Positions 22,578-36,610 are shown, counted from the first letter of the stretch. The stretch is DNA of 64,000 nucleotides from Malacoraja senta (GCA_038087875.1 CM075992.1:8806001-8870000); one strand, 5' to 3'. The notes: generated by a model not told the origin, from the sequence alone. Numbers and translations are program-made.

Positions 22578-24024
22578 AATTTAACTGTACACTTCTTAAC
22601 CTCCTCTACCCTTTGACTATCTTTAATCGGACTTTACCTTGCACTAAACCCTTTATCATGTATCTATACACTGTAAATGGCTCGATTGTAATCATGTATT
22701 ATCTTCCCGCTGACTGGTTAGCACGCAACTAAAGCTTTTCACTGTACCTCGGTACACGTGACAATAAACTGAACTGAAACTCAACTCAAGATTCCCTTTG
22801 TTCACAGCTGGCGACCACTGCCCCAAATACCATGCAGCGATCCAGCTGTTTATACCATGCAGTGATCCAGCTGTTTGCTGGAATATTCCAACCTCATGTC
22901 CCGCCTCTCTCTGCCTCTCACACACACAAAAAGGGACACACGAACACACACAAACATGGAGACACACATATGGACACACGCATACACATAATGTCATAGA
23001 GCCATACAGGATGGGAACAGGCCCTTCAGCCCAACTCATCCATGCCATCCCAAATGCCCTATCTACACTAGTCCCATTTGCTCATGCTTGGCCCATATCC
23101 CTATGACCCATTCCTATCTATGTGCCTGGCCAAATGGCTTTACTAAGTTGCAATTGTACCTGCCTTGACAACTTCAATAGACAATAGGCAATAGGTGCAG
23201 GAGTAGGCCATTCGGCCCTTCGAGCCAGCACCGCCATTCAATGTGATCATGGCTGATCATCCCCAATCAGTAACATGTTCCTGCCTTCTCCCCATATCCC
23301 CTGACTCCACTATCTTTAAGAGCCCTATCTAGCTCTCTCTTGAAAGTATCCAGAGAACCGGCCTCCACCGCCCTCTGAGGCAGAGTTCCTTTAGACTTTA
23401 GAGATACAGCGTTGAAACAGGCCCTTCAGCCCACCCCGACCAGCCATCACCCTGTACACTGGCATTATCTTGCACACTAGGGGTAAGGTACAATTTTACC
23501 GAAGCCAATGAACCTATGTTTTTGGAGTGTGGGAGGAAAACCCACTTGGGAGAAGGTACAAACTCCGTACAGACAGCACCCGTAGTCAGTATCGAACCCG
23601 GGACCCTGGTGCTATGAGGCAGCAACTCTACCGCTGCCCCATCTACACTAGTCCCATTTGGCTCAAATCCCTCTCAACCCTCTATCCATGTACTGTCCAA
23701 AGAGGTTGTAAATGTTGCTATTGTACCTCCCTCACCTACATCCTCTGGCAGCTCACTCCATGAGTGAAGAGGTTGCCCCTCAGGTTCCTATTAAATATAT
23801 TCCCCTATCACCTTTAGTCCTCAACATCCCAGGAAAAAATACTCTGTACATTCACCCTATCTATTCCCCTTATGATCTTGTACACCTCTATAATATCACC
23901 CCCCATCCTCCTGCGCTCCAAGGAATGGAGTCCCAGCCAGCTCAACCTCTCCCTGTAGCTCAGGCCATTAAGTCCTGGCAACATCCTCGTAAATCTTCTC
24001 TGCACCTTTTCTTTAACATCTATA

Positions 24025-24335
24025 GGGTGGCGCAGCGGTAGAGTTGCTGCCTTACAGCGCTTGCAGCGCCAGAGACCCGGGTTCGATCCTGACTACGGGT
24101 GCTGTCTGTACGGAGTTTGCACGTTCTCTCCGTGACCTGCGTGGGTTTACTCCGAGATCTTCGGTTTCCTCCCACACTCCAAAGACGTGCAGGTTTGTAG
24201 GTTAATTGGCTTGGTAAATGTAAAAATTGTCCCCAGTGTGTGTAGGATAGTGTTAGTGTGCGGGGATCGCTGGGCGGCACGGACCTGGTGGGCTGAAGGG
24301 CCTGTTTCGTGCTGTATCTCTAAACTAAACTGAAC
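24025..24335 (+). mobile_element. V-SINE (HE1-like), full length
   Basis: A box, B box GGTTCGATCC, V-domain, tail ending CTAAACTAAACTGAAC. Confidence 0.88.
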
Positions 24336-24414
24336 TAATCCTCCCTGCATCCTTACCAGTTTAATGGCATCTTTTCTATAGCAGGATGAGCAGAACTGAA
24401 CACGATACTCTAAA

Positions 24415-24880
24415 TGTTTTCAAGGGAGAGTTAGATTTAGCTCTTAGGGCTGAAGGAATCAAGGGATATGGGGAAAAAAGCAGGAACGGGGTACTGATTT
24501 TAGATGATCAGCCATGATCATATTGAATGGCGGTGCTGGCTCGAAGGGACGAATGGCCTACTCCTGCACCTATTTTTCTATGTTTCTATGTTAAGGGTTT
24601 GGACACACTAGAGGCAGGAAACATATTCCCGATGTTGGAGGAGTCCAGAACCAGGGGCCACAGTTTAAGAATAAGGAGTAAGCCATTTAGAACAGAGACG
24701 AGGAAACACTTTTTCTCACAGAGAGTGGTGACTCTTAAAAATAGCGGAGTTAGGGGATATGGGGAGAAGGCAGGAACGGGGTACTGATTGGGGATGATCA
24801 GCCATGATCACATTGAATGGCGGTGCTGGCTCAAAGGGCCAAATGACCTACTCCTGCACCTATTGTCTATTGTCTATGTG
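24415..24880 (+). mobile_element. Two adjacent CR1/HER1 3' fragments
   Basis: Two GYGEKAGTGY*-3'UTR ends in tandem. Confidence 0.85.
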
Positions 24881-25024
24881 CAGTCTTTGTTTTGTTCAAT
24901 GTCTTTGTTTTCTTCAGATTTGTTTGCAACTCTTCCTAAACTAATGCAAATATCCCTTCGGACTTTTTTCTTGTCCTCGGACAAACTAGTGAAGGGTTTC
25001 TGAGTGCAGACGCCCTCGGAACTG

Positions 25025-25495
25025 GGAAGTAGGGCTGATGGATGTGGACGCTGCCCAGACCATCACACAAACCAACCTCCCTTCCATTCACTCCATCCAC
25101 ACCTCACGCTGCCTCGGCAAGGCCAGCAGCATCATCAAGGACCAGTCTCACCCCCAGTCACTCCCTCTTTTCCCCTCTCCCATCAGGCAAGAGGTACAGA
25201 AGTATGAAAACGCACCCCTCCAGATTCAAGGACAGTTTCCTCCCGGCTGTTATCAGCCAACTGAACCATCCTATCAACAACTAGAGAGTGGTCCTGAGCT
25301 CCCATCTACCTCATTTGAATTATCTGTATTCGGACATTGCTGGCTTTACCTTGCACTAAACGTTATTCCCTTTATCCTGTATCTGTACACCGTGGATGGC
25401 TCGATTGTAATCATGTATTGTCTTTCCGCTGACTGGTTAGCACGCAACAAAAGCTTTACGCTGTACACGTGACAATAAACTAAACTGAACTAAAC
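25025..25495 (+). mobile_element. Rex1/Babar-like LINE 3' fragment
   Basis: ASSIIKDQSHP / HSLFSPLPSGKRYRSMKT..SRFKDSF.PAVI.QLN C-terminal motif, then 3' UTR ending GTGACAATAAACTAAAC. Confidence 0.7.
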
Positions 25496-25509
25496 TAAGA
25501 AAGATCCAA

Positions 25510-25830
25510 TGCAGTGACGCAGCTGGTAGTGCTGCTGCCTTAAAGCAACAGTGACCCAGGTTCGATCCTGACCTCGGGTGCTGTCTGTGTGGAGTTTTAC
25601 GTTCTCTCTTTGACCGTGTGGGTTTCCTCCGGGTGCTCCAGTTTCCTCCCACATCCCAAAGACGTGCGGGTTTGTAGGTTAAACGGCCCTCTGTCAAATT
25701 TCCCTTCGTGTGTAGGGAGTGGATGAGAAAGTGGGATAACATGGAACTAGTGTGTACGGGAGATCGATGGTCAGCGTGGCCTTGGTGGGCCGAAGGGCCT
25801 GTTTCAATGCTGTATCTCCAAACTAAACTA
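25510..25830 (+). mobile_element. V-SINE (older copy)
   Basis: Diverged A box, GGTTCGATCC, V-domain and tail. Confidence 0.8.
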
Positions 25831-27842
25831 ATAACTAGTGTGTCGGAAGGAACTGCAGATGCTGGTTTACACCGAAGATGGACGCAAAATCAGCGGGCCA
25901 GGCAGCATCTCTGGAGAGAAGGAATGGATGACGTTTTGAGTCAAGACCCTTCTTTACAACGAAATGTCACCCATTCCTTCTCTCCGGAGATGCTGCCTGA
26001 CGCGCTGAGTTACTCCAGCATTTTGTGTCTATCTTCAACTAATGACAAGTGCCTCAGTTGTTGTGAACACTTTACACTAAAGCCAAATAACCTCAAGTTC
26101 CCCTCATCTAAAAATATTCGCGTTGCTATCATTTCCTCCAGCAACCCCACACAAAGATGTCCAATCTGTATTTGTTTCCAGGCTCCAAGGACTTGGAAGA
26201 AATGAGTTCACTAAAGCTATGGATGTTAAAGGTCAGAACTTCAGAATTTTTTTCTCAGCGTAAGACGAGAGGGCGTAGCTTTAAGGTGAGAGGGGGGGAA
26301 GTTTAAAGGAGGTGTGCAGGGCAACTTTTTTTTACACAGAGCCTGGAGCGTGCTGCCGGGGGTGGTGGTGGAGGCTGATACGTTAGAGGTGTTTAAAACA
26401 CTTTTAGATAGGCACTTGGATATGCAGGGAAAGGAGGGATATGGATCACGTGCAGGTAGAGGTGATTAGTTTAACCAAGCATCATCTTTGGAGAGGACAA
26501 ATTGGCAAGTTAGATATAGCTCTTAGAGCTAACATAATCAAAGGATATGGAGAGAAAGCAGGAACGGGGTACAGATTTTGGATGGTCAGCCATGATCACA
26601 TTGAATGGCGGTGCTGGCTCGAAGGGCCAAATGGTCTACTCCTGCACCTATTGTCTGTTGTGGGCTGAAGGGCCTGTTCACCTGCTGTACTGTTCCAAGT
26701 CTATGCTTAGAAACAACTTGTTCAACCTTGAATTGAATTGAATTGAATACATTTTATTAGCCAAGGATGTATACACACAAGGAATCTGCCTTGGTGCTTT
26801 GCTCACAAGTAACAACATGATGTACAGTAGACTATTAAAAATAAAACAGTATCATTTAAACACGTGAAGATTGAATTAAAATACCAGAGCACAAGGAGGC
26901 TCCAGACTTTTGGCTGTTGAGTAGAACCACTGCTCGTGGACACAAAAGCTGTTTTTATGTCTGGCTGTGGCGGCTTTGACAGTCCGGAGTGTAGACTGTA
27001 GAAACACAAAGTACTGGAGTCACTCAGTGGGTCAGGCAGCATCTCATAGAGTGATACCGTGTGGAAACAGGCCCTTCGGCCCAACTTGCCCACACCACAT
27101 TTAGCTCTTAGGGCTAACGGAATCAAGGGATATGGGGAGAAGGCAGGAATGAAGGAGAAGGGAGGATCACATTGAATGGCGGTGCTGGCTCGAAGGGCCG
27201 AATGGCCTACTCCTGCACCTATCGTCTATTGTCTATTGTCAGCCAACATGTCCCAGCTACACTAGTCCCACCTGCCCGCGTTTGGCCCATATCCCTCCAA
27301 ACCTGTCCTATCCATGTACCCGTCTAACTGTTTCTTAAACGTTGGGATAGTCCCAGCCTCAACTACCTTCTCTGGCAGCTCGTTCCATACACCCACCACC
27401 CTCTGTGTGTGGAAAAGCTACCCCTCAGATACCTATTAAATCTTTTCCCCTTCACCTGAAACCTATGTCCTCTGGTCCTCAATTCCCCTACTCTGGGCAT
27501 CAACCTGATCAATCCTCTCGTGATTTTGTACTCTCAAGATTTTATATCTGTGGAGGGAAAAGGGCCAACGTTTAATGTCGAGACCCTTCTTCAGACTGAT
27601 TCCCATTCCTTCCACAGGGCCCTCTGAGTTCCTCCAGCACATTGTATTTTGCATCTGCAGCCTCCTGTACCAAGGACTTTGGACCATTTTGTTTTTACAC
27701 TATATTGGTGTTTTTAATTTATCAAACTTTTTTGTTTGTTTGTTTTATTATCTTATCTACTGTGTGTTTAAAAACTCGTGGTCCTGCTGCAAGCAAGAAT
27801 TTCATTGTTCTGTTTTGAGACACTTGGCATTAAAATACTCAA

Positions 27843-28021
27843 GAAGGAACTGCAGATGCTGGAAAATCGAAGGTAGACAAAAATGCTGGAGAAACTCAGC
27901 GGGTGAGGCAGCATCTATGGAGCGAAGGAAATAGGCAACGTTTCGGCCCGAAACGTTGCCTATTTCCTTCGCTCCATAGATGCTGCCTCACCCGCTGAGT
28001 TTCTCCAGCACTTTTGTCTAC
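27843..28021. mobile_element. Fold-back Penelope-derived element (~73-bp near-perfect arms)
   Basis: GTAGACAAAAATGCTGG...GGCAACGTTTCGG-C-CCGAAACGTTGCC...CCAGCACTTTTGTCTAC. Confidence 0.9.
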
Positions 28022-28167
28022 TGGCAATAAAACACTATCGACTCCTCAACCTCTGTAACATTGAGCACTTTTTCTGACACTGTATCTTGGGCAAGTTCTC
28101 AAAACTGCAGATGGGATTTAATCACCTCGTTCTTATAATTAATCGGTTACTTTACAATATATCTTAT

Positions 28168-28830
28168 AGGGGATCTTATAGAAACGTATAAAATTCTTAA
28201 AGGATTGGACAGTCTAGATGCAGGAAAAATGTTCCCGATGTTGGGGGAGTCCAGAACCAGAGGCCACACAGTTTAAGAATAAAGGGTAGGCCATTTAGGA
28301 CTGAGATGAGGTGAAACTTTTTCACCCAGAGAGTTGTGAATCTGTGGAATTCTCTGCCACAGAAGGCAGTGGAGGCCGTGGATTCACTGGATGTTTTCAA
28401 GAGAGAGTTCGGTTTAGCTCTCAAGGCAAAAGGAATCGAGGGATATTGGGAAAAAGCAAGAACGGGGTACTGATTGTGGATGATCAGCCATGATCATATT
28501 GAATGGCGGTTTAGTTTAGAGATACAGCATGGAAACAGTCCCTTCGGCCCACCGGGTCCGCGCCAACCAGCCGCACATTAACACCATCCTACACCCACTA
28601 GGGACAATTGTTACATTATTTACATTTTTACATTTACACCAAGCCAATTAACCTACAAACCTTGTACGTCTTTGGAGTGTGGGAGGAAACCGAGGATCTC
28701 GGAGAAAACCCACGCAGGTCACGGGGAGAACGTACAAACTCCGTACAGACAGCACTTGCTGTCTCGAAGGTGCTGGCTCGAAGGGCCGAATGGCCTACTC
28801 CTGCACCTGTTTTTCTATGTTTCTATGTTT
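28168..28830 (+). mobile_element. CR1/HER1 3' fragment interrupted by a minus-strand V-SINE (28510-28755)
   Basis: CR1 3' UTR breaks at GAATGGCGGT and resumes GGTGCTGGCTCGAAGG at ~28770. Confidence 0.82.
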
Positions 28831-29431
28831 ATAAAATCCACCTTGCCCCAAACAAGCCATTAACCCTTTGAAGGAGGCCCTTCAGTTATTGTGAGTGAAG
28901 GCAGGTTTAACCACTGGCAACAAGGAATGGACATCCAACATTGGCATAAACATGTTGAAACTGCCTCCATTGGGAACAGTAACTTGAGGTTACCGCCTTA
29001 AGACAAGTAGCAAATGAGCCAGAGTCATACAGCACGGGGAAAAAGGCCCTTCGGCCCAACTCACCCATGCCGACCAAGATGCCCCATCTAAGCTAGTCCC
29101 ACCTGCCCACGTTTGGTCCATATCCCTCTCCACCTTTCCTATCTGTGTACCTGTCCAAGCATCTTTTCAATGTTGTTACAGCACCTGCCTCAATTACCTC
29201 CTTTCCACTTGAATTAGAGATAGAGTCACAGAGTGATACAGCACAGAAACAGGCCCTTCGGCCCATCAAGTCCGCGCCGACCAGCGATCACCCCATACAC
29301 TACCACTATCCTAACACAAGGGACAATTTACAATTTTAACAAAGCCAATTAACCTACAAACGTGGACGTCTTTGGAGAGTGTGGGAGGAAACCGGAGCAA
29401 CCGGAGAAAACCCACGCAGGTCACGGGGCAG

Positions 29432-29631
29432 NNNNNNNNNNNNNNNNNNNNNNNNNNNNNNNNNNNNNNNNNNNNNNNNNNNNNNNNNNNNNNNNNNNNN
29501 NNNNNNNNNNNNNNNNNNNNNNNNNNNNNNNNNNNNNNNNNNNNNNNNNNNNNNNNNNNNNNNNNNNNNNNNNNNNNNNNNNNNNNNNNNNNNNNNNNNN
29601 NNNNNNNNNNNNNNNNNNNNNNNNNNNNNNN
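29432..29631. other. Assembly gap (200 N)
   Basis: Run of N; the fixed size suggests a placeholder. Confidence 1.
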
Positions 29632-30224
29632 GTAAACCTCCTCTGCACCTCGCCAAAGCCTGCATATCCTACCTGTAATGGGACGACCAGAACTGCACAC
29701 AATACTCCAAATGCGGCCTAGCCATAGTCCTATAAAGGCTGCATCACGACCTCCTGGCTATCTTCCAACCCCTTCACCAGAAATTCTGGAGGAAGAGGCT
29801 CACATTTAAAGTCACAGAGTCATAGAGTGATGCAGCGTGGAAACAGGCCCTTCGGCCCAACTTGCCCACACCGGCCAACATGTCCCAGCTACACTAGTCC
29901 CACCTGCTTGCGTTTGCTCCATATCCCTCCAAACCTGTCCTATCCATGTACCTGTCTAACTGTTTCTTAATCGATGGGATAGTCCCAGCCTCAACTACCT
30001 CCTGTGGCAGCTCGTTCCAAACACACACCACCCTTTGTATGAAAATGTCACCCCTCAGAATCCTATTAAATCTTTTCCCTTCACCTTGAACTTGGAGGAC
30101 AGAATATTTTTTCTCCACCATTTCTTATCAACCGATAAGGTCATTTGACCCACTGGCCTCTCACATGGTTTCACAGGTAGATGGGGCGGTGAAGAAGGCA
30201 TTTGGCATCCGTCAGGGTAGTCAT

Positions 30225-30695
30225 GTCAAGAGAGTTTATTGTCATGTGTCCCTGATAGGACAATGAAATTCTTGCTTTGTTTCAGCACAACAGAACATAG
30301 TAGGCATTGACTACAAAACAGATCAGTGTGTCCATATACCATTATATAAATATATACACACATCAATAAATAAGCAGATAAAGTGCAAATAAACAGATAA
30401 TGGTCTATTAATGTTCAGAGATTGATGTTTTAAGAGAGATGATCAGAGTTTTGTTTCAGTTGAGTTTAATAGCCTGATGGCTGTGGGGAAGCAGCTATTC
30501 CTGAACCTGGTCGTTGCAGTCTTCAGGCTCCCGTACCTTCTACCTGAAGGTAGCGGGGAGATAAGTGTGTGGCCAGGATGGTGTGGGTCCTTGATGATGC
30601 TGCCAGCCTTTTTGAGGCAGCGACTGCGATAGATCCCCTCGATGGAAGGGAGGTCAGAGCCGATGATGGACTGGGCAGTGTTTACTACTTTCACT
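30225..30695 (-). mobile_element. Rex1/Babar-like LINE 3' fragment
   Basis: VVNTAQSIIGSDLPSIEGIYRSRCLKKAGSIIKDPHHPGHTLISPLPSGRRYGSLKTATTRFRNSCFPTAIRLLN. Confidence 0.8.
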
Positions 30696-30952
30696 ATCAA
30701 TGTTGGAATATTATGTAGCAGTTGTGCAAGACGTTAGTGCGGCTGCACTTTGAGTATCGTGTTCTGATTTAGTCACCCTGCTACAGGAACGATGCCATTA
30801 AGCTGGAAAGAGTTCAGAGAAGATTCACAAGGATGTTGCCAGGACATGAGGTTGGACATGCTCGGACTTTATTCCTTGGAGGGCAGGAGGCCGAGGGGTG
30901 ATCTTATTGCTGTGTATAAAATCAAGAGGGGAATAGACAATAGACAATAGAC

Positions 30953-31322
30953 AATAGACAATAGACAATAGGTGCAGGAGTAGGCCATTCAGCCCTTCGA
31001 ACCATTCAATGTGATCATGGCTGATCATCCCCAATCAGTACCCCGTTCCTGCCTTCTCCCCGTATCCCCTGACTCCGCTATCTTTAAGAGCCCTATCTAG
31101 CTCTCTCTTGAAAGCATCCAGAGAACCTGCCTCCACCGCCCTCTGGGGCAGAGAATTCCACAGACTCACAACTCTCTTTGAGAAAAAGTGTTTCCTCATC
31201 TCCATTCTAAATGGCTTACTCCTTATTCTTAAACTGTGGCCCCTGGTTCTGGACTCCCCCAACATCGGGAACATGTTTCCTGCCTCTAGTGTGTCCAAGC
31301 CCTTAACAATCTTATATGTTTC
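30953..31322 (-). mobile_element. CR1/HER1 LINE 3' fragment nested in an older CR1 piece
   Basis: ETYKIVKGLDTLEAG...GYGEKAGTGY*, (CTATTGT)n tail. Confidence 0.9.
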
Positions 31323-31734
31323 AGATAGGGTGAATGCACAGAGTCTTTTACCCAGAGTAGGGGAATGGTGATGGTTTAATCCCCTGAGCCGCAGCCACTG
31401 TTGTTGAAGGGTCAAAATAAATCAAAACTCTCTCTCTCTGCGCCAGTAAAGATCTGGCCAGTTGCTACAGAGCCAGCATCATTAGTGTGACAGGCAGTGG
31501 GGACTTCACTGGAGCTTTCAGCTTCATGTATGAGTTCCAGTAATTTTCCACTGTTCTTGCTGCCAGGGAAATATCTCCGTTAACTTGCGGGCAATGGGCA
31601 GCCACGGGCCACAATGGGCAGCCACGGGCCACAGCTTCACCCACCGCCCTCCCCCACGCAGGGCTCAGTGGCCTCAGACGCACCACTGCTCCCTCCTTAG
31701 CACCACGCACCCTGCTCAACCTGCAATCACCCAG

Positions 31735-32290
<556 letters not shown>

Positions 32291-32528
32291 GATGCACTAG
32301 GTGTGAAAGAAGGAAGTGCAGATGCTGGAGTAACTCAGCGGGACAGGCAGCATCTGTGGAGGGAAGGAATGGGTGACATTTCAGGAATGGACTGAATTTC
32401 TCCCGAAGTTTAGCACAAGCTGGATGGCCAAAGGAGAAAAATCTTCTTTAGGTTTGCTGGGATTTGCTCTAAAATCCTTTTCAAATCTTTTTATTCTTCC
32501 CGGTGGTTTTGCCAGTCTTGTTTACACC

Positions 32529-32529
<1 letters not shown>

Positions 32530-32613
<84 letters not shown>
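32530..32613. repeat. Pure (TG)n microsatellite, ~42 units
   Basis: Directly visible. Confidence 0.98.
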
Positions 32614-32614
<1 letters not shown>

Positions 32615-32653
32615 CGTGTTTAATCACTCGAGTCGGGAGTTGGGGCATCGCCT

Positions 32654-32661
32654 TGACGTCA
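32654..32661. promoter_or_regulatory. Full palindromic CRE motif TGACGTCA
   Basis: Exact 8-mer in a short unique island between repeats. Function unproven. Confidence 0.25.
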
Positions 32662-32784
32662 GTGGGATCCCTATCTCACTCCCACCCTCGCTAATACGCA
32701 AGCCCCAGCCTAGCTCATCTCTCACACAGATAGTGGTGGCCACACACACACAACATCCAGCTATGCTGATGAGAAACGTTGCAG

Positions 32785-33847
32785 GGAGAGGGGAGGGGGA
32801 GTGGAGGGAGGGAGGAGGAGAGGGAGTGGGAGAGAGGGGGAGATGGAGGAAGAGAGAGAGAGAGGGGAGAAAGGCAGAGAGAGAGGGGAAAGAGGGGGGA
32901 GGGAGTGGGGAGAATGAGAGAGGGAGTGGGGGGGAGAGAGGGGGAGAGAGGGAATGAGAGAGAGAGGGAGAGAGATGGGAGAGAGGGAGGGGGGGGGAGA
33001 GAGGGAGAGAGATGGAAAGAGAGTTGGGAGAGAGAGAGGGGGAGAGATGGGCGAGAGAGAGGGGGGACAGAGGGAGAGAGATAGGGAGTGGGAGAGGGAG
33101 GGGGGGAGAGAGGAAAGAGAGAGGGAGAGAGGGAGGGGGAGAGAGAGTGGGGAGAAGGAGAGGGGGGTTGGGGGGAGAGAGTGGGAAAGAGTGGGGAGAG
33201 AAAGGGGAGAGAGAGGGAGAGAGGGAGGGGGAGAGAGAGGAGAGAGAGTGGGGGGTGGAGAGAGGGATTTGGGGGAGAGAGTGGGAAAGAGTGGGGAGAG
33301 AGAGGGAGAGAGGGAGGGGGAGAGAGAGTGGGGAGAAGGAGAGGGGGATTGGGGGGAGAGAGTGGGAAAGAGTGGGGAGAGAGAGAGGGAGAGAGGGAGG
33401 GGGGGAGAGGAGGGAGAGAGAGTGGGGGGTGGAGAGAGGGATTGGGGGGAGAGAGTGGGAAAGAGTGGGGAGAGAGAGGAGAGAGAGAGGGAGAGAGGGA
33501 GGGGGAGAGAGAGGAGGGAGAGAGAGAGGGGATTGGGGGAGAGAGTGGGAAAGAGTGGGAGAGGGAGGGGAGAGAGAGGGAGAGAGAGGGAAGGGGAGAG
33601 AGAGTGGGGGGAAGGAGAGGGGGATTGGGGGGAAAGAGTGGGGAGAGAGAGGGAGAGAGGGAGGGGGAGAGAGAGTGGGGAGAAGGAGAGGGGGATTGGG
33701 GGAGAGAGTGGGGAGAGAGAGGGAGGGGGAGAGAGAGTGGGGGAAGGAGAGGGGATTGGGGGGGAGAGTTGGAAAGAGTGGGGAGAGAGAGGAGAGAGAG
33801 AGGGAGAGAGGGAGGGGGGGAGAGAGGAGGGAGAGAGAGTGGGGAGA
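32785..33847. repeat. ~1.06-kb polypurine (GA/GGGA-rich) tract with higher-order units
   Basis: Recurrent GGGATTGGGGGAGAGAGTGGGAAAGAGTGGGGAGAG units; almost no C. Confidence 0.97.
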
Positions 33848-34844
33848 CTGAGTTTGGTGTGTTTTGTGTAGTTTTAATGTTAGTTTGGATGAGTTTTAAA
33901 GTGTTGGTGTTTTAAAGTAGTGAGGGAGGGTGGGGTGTGGGGAGTAAATTATTTTAAAACTGCAAAACAACACTTTAAACGGCCACAGCTCATGCCTTCA
34001 GCTGTGGAGGATGGGCCGAGCGTGGAGCTGCCTCAGCGGGCGCCTTCATTAGGACGTGGTGCCCGCAGGGACGGGCTGCCGGTCGACAGGGTTCCCAGAC
34101 GGAGGGACTGCAGATCTACCGGCACTGGCCTCTCATCGCCTGCCACCAGATTAGTCCAAGTGACCGGGCAGGTTAGCAATTGTCCCCCGACTTGCTAGAT
34201 GAAAGGGGTCCCACACTGGGCGAGTGTGCGTGAGTGCCAGGGCTGGGGGAGATGCAGCCATCAATTCTGAAACGTTGCCAGCCAGCACTGTTTCAGAAGC
34301 TCATGTTCAGAACATTTCAGGAGCAGAACTAGGCCATTCGGCCCATCAAGTCTACCCCGCCATTCAACCATCTCTCCCTCCTAACCCCGTTCTCCTGCCT
34401 TCTCCCCGTAACCCCTGTCACCCGTACTAATCAAGAATCTATCTGTTTAAGAAGGAACTGCAGATGCTGGAAAATCGAAGGGAGACAAAAGTGCTGGAGA
34501 AACTCAGCGGGTGAGGCAGCATCTATGGAGCGAAGGAAATAGGCAACGTTTCGTCCCGAAACGTTGCCTATTTCCTTCGCTCCATAGATGCTGCTGCACC
34601 CGCTGAGTTTCACCAGCAAGAATCTATCTGTCTCTGCCTTAAAAATACCCAATGGCCTGCACAGCCGTCCACAGATTCACCACCCTCTGACTAAAATCTT
34701 TTTGAAAGTACGTCCTTTTATTCTGAGGCTACGGGCCTCTGGTCCTGGACTCTCCCACTAGTGGAAACATCCTCCCCACATCCACCCTATCCAGGCCTTT
34801 TAAAGAAAGGTTAAACACTCCCATCGGCAAGAGCCTAGGCCTGA

Positions 34845-35585
34845 GGGTGGCACGGTGGCGCAGCGGTAGAGTTGCTGCCTTACAGCGATCCGGAGACCCG
34901 GGTTCGATCCCGACTACGGGTGCTGTCTGTACGGAGTTTGTACCTTCTCCCCGTGACCTGAGCTGAGATCTTTGGTTTCCTCCCACACTCCAAAGGCATA
35001 CAGGTTTTTAGGTTAATTAGACAATAGGTGCAGGAATAGGCCATTCGGCCCTTCGAGCCAGCACCGCCATTCAATGTGATCATGGCTGATCATCCCCAAT
35101 CAGTACCCCGTTCCTGCCTCTCCCCATATCCCCTAACTCCGCTATCTTTAAGAGCCTTATCTAGCTCTCTCTTGAAAGCATCCAGAGAACCTGCCTTCAC
35201 CACCCTCTGAGGCAGAGAATTCCACAGACTCACCACTCTCTGTGAGAAAAAGTGTTTCCTCGTCTCCGTTCTAAATGGCTTACCCCTTATTCTTAAACTG
35301 TGGCCCCTGGTTCTGGACTCCCCCAACATCGGGAACATGTTTCCTGCCTCTAGCGTGTCCAAGCCCTTAACAACCTTATATGTTTCAATGAGATTCCCTC
35401 TCATCCTTCTAAACTCCAGAGTGTACAAGCCCAGCTGCTCCATTCTCTCAGCATATGACAGTCCCGCCATCCCGGGAATTAGCTTGGTATAAGTGTAAAT
35501 TGCCCCGAATGTGAGTAGGGGATAGTGTTAGTGCTGGTCGGCACGGACTCGGTGGGCCGAAGGGCCTGTTCTCTAAACTAAACTC
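34845..35585 (+). mobile_element. V-SINE interrupted by a minus-strand CR1 3' fragment (35020-35480)
   Basis: SINE head and V-domain to GGTTAATTAG, then CR1 (MAGLSYAERMEQ...), then SINE resumes AATTAGCTTGGTAT. Confidence 0.85.
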
Positions 35586-35980
35586 AACTAAGTTGTCCGT
35601 TCATCCTGACCGGTATCGGACTGCCGGCCAGAAGCTGCGGGTTGAAGATTCGATATCGAACAGCTCCAGAGACGCCTTATAGACAGGGAAGGTGAGTCTA
35701 CAGGTGTACAGGCGAGAGCACTGGTTGTATCACGAACCGGTTCGGCAGCTTCTACGCCAGGAACAAAGGTCACATCTTGCGAGGATAGACACAAGGTATT
35801 GGAGTAATTCAACGGGTCAGGTAGCATCTCTGGAGAAAACGTCTCGGGTCACAACCCATCTTTCAGTCTGAAGATTGGTGACCTCGGTCATGTCGGTCCG
35901 AGGGTCCTCAGCTGAGACAGCGCCACTGGGTACAGACTCTATCCTCAATTGCCACTCACACTTCGATGCTTAGAGAATAT

Positions 35981-36303
35981 CAAGTCAAGTCAATTTTATT
36001 TCTCTCGCACATTTAAAAACAACTCTCGTTGACCAAAGTGCTTTACATCAGTGCAGGTACTAACATGCTACATACAGTGGTACATAGATCTAACAATACA
36101 TACATAAATACATACATACAGCGCTCCCTCAGAGGATCTCAAGAAAGGCTTGTGAGTAGAAATAAGTTTTAAGTCTAGACTTAAAGGAGTCGATGGAGGG
36201 GGCAGTCCTGATGGGAAGAGGGATGCTGTTCCACAGTCTAGGAGCTGCAACCACAAAAGCGCGGTCGCCCCTGAGCTTATGCCTAGACCGCGGGATGTTC
36301 AGT
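35981..36303 (-). mobile_element. L2-like LINE 3' end
   Basis: Minus frame LNIPRSRHKLRGDRAFVVAAPRLWNSIPLPIRTAPSIDSFKSRLKTYFYSQAF, then AATAAAA and a (TTGAC)n tail. Confidence 0.8.
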
Positions 36304-36417
36304 AAAGGGCCTGTCCCACTTGGCTGTCATTTACGCGACAGGTCGGTAGTGACTGACGCGTGACGGTCGGGCGCGTCATCATGCGTCCGCACAACCGTCT
36401 GGAGCGCGTGACGTCAT

Positions 36418-36610
36418 TTGAAGATAGACACAAAATGCAGGAGTAACTCAGTGGACCGGCAGCATCTATGGAGAGAAGGAATGGATGATGTTTCGGGTCG
36501 AGACTCTTCTTCAGTCTGAAAGAAGGGTCTCGACCCGAAACGTCACCCATTGCTTGTCACCAGAGATGCTGCCGGTCCCGCTGAGTTACTCCAGCATTTT
36601 GTGTCTATCT
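36418..36610. mobile_element. Fold-back Penelope-derived element inside a Harbinger-like element (~36304-36930)
   Basis: Inverted arms centred near 36513. Flanks carry (GGGCC)TGTCCCACTTGG motifs. Confidence 0.75.

Noticed and set aside
29311..29721. ORFs spanning N runs (also 51970-52341)
   Set aside because: Artefacts of the assembly gaps.
32779..33915. Glu/Arg/Gly-rich ORFs
   Set aside because: Polypurine tract that lacks stop codons by composition.
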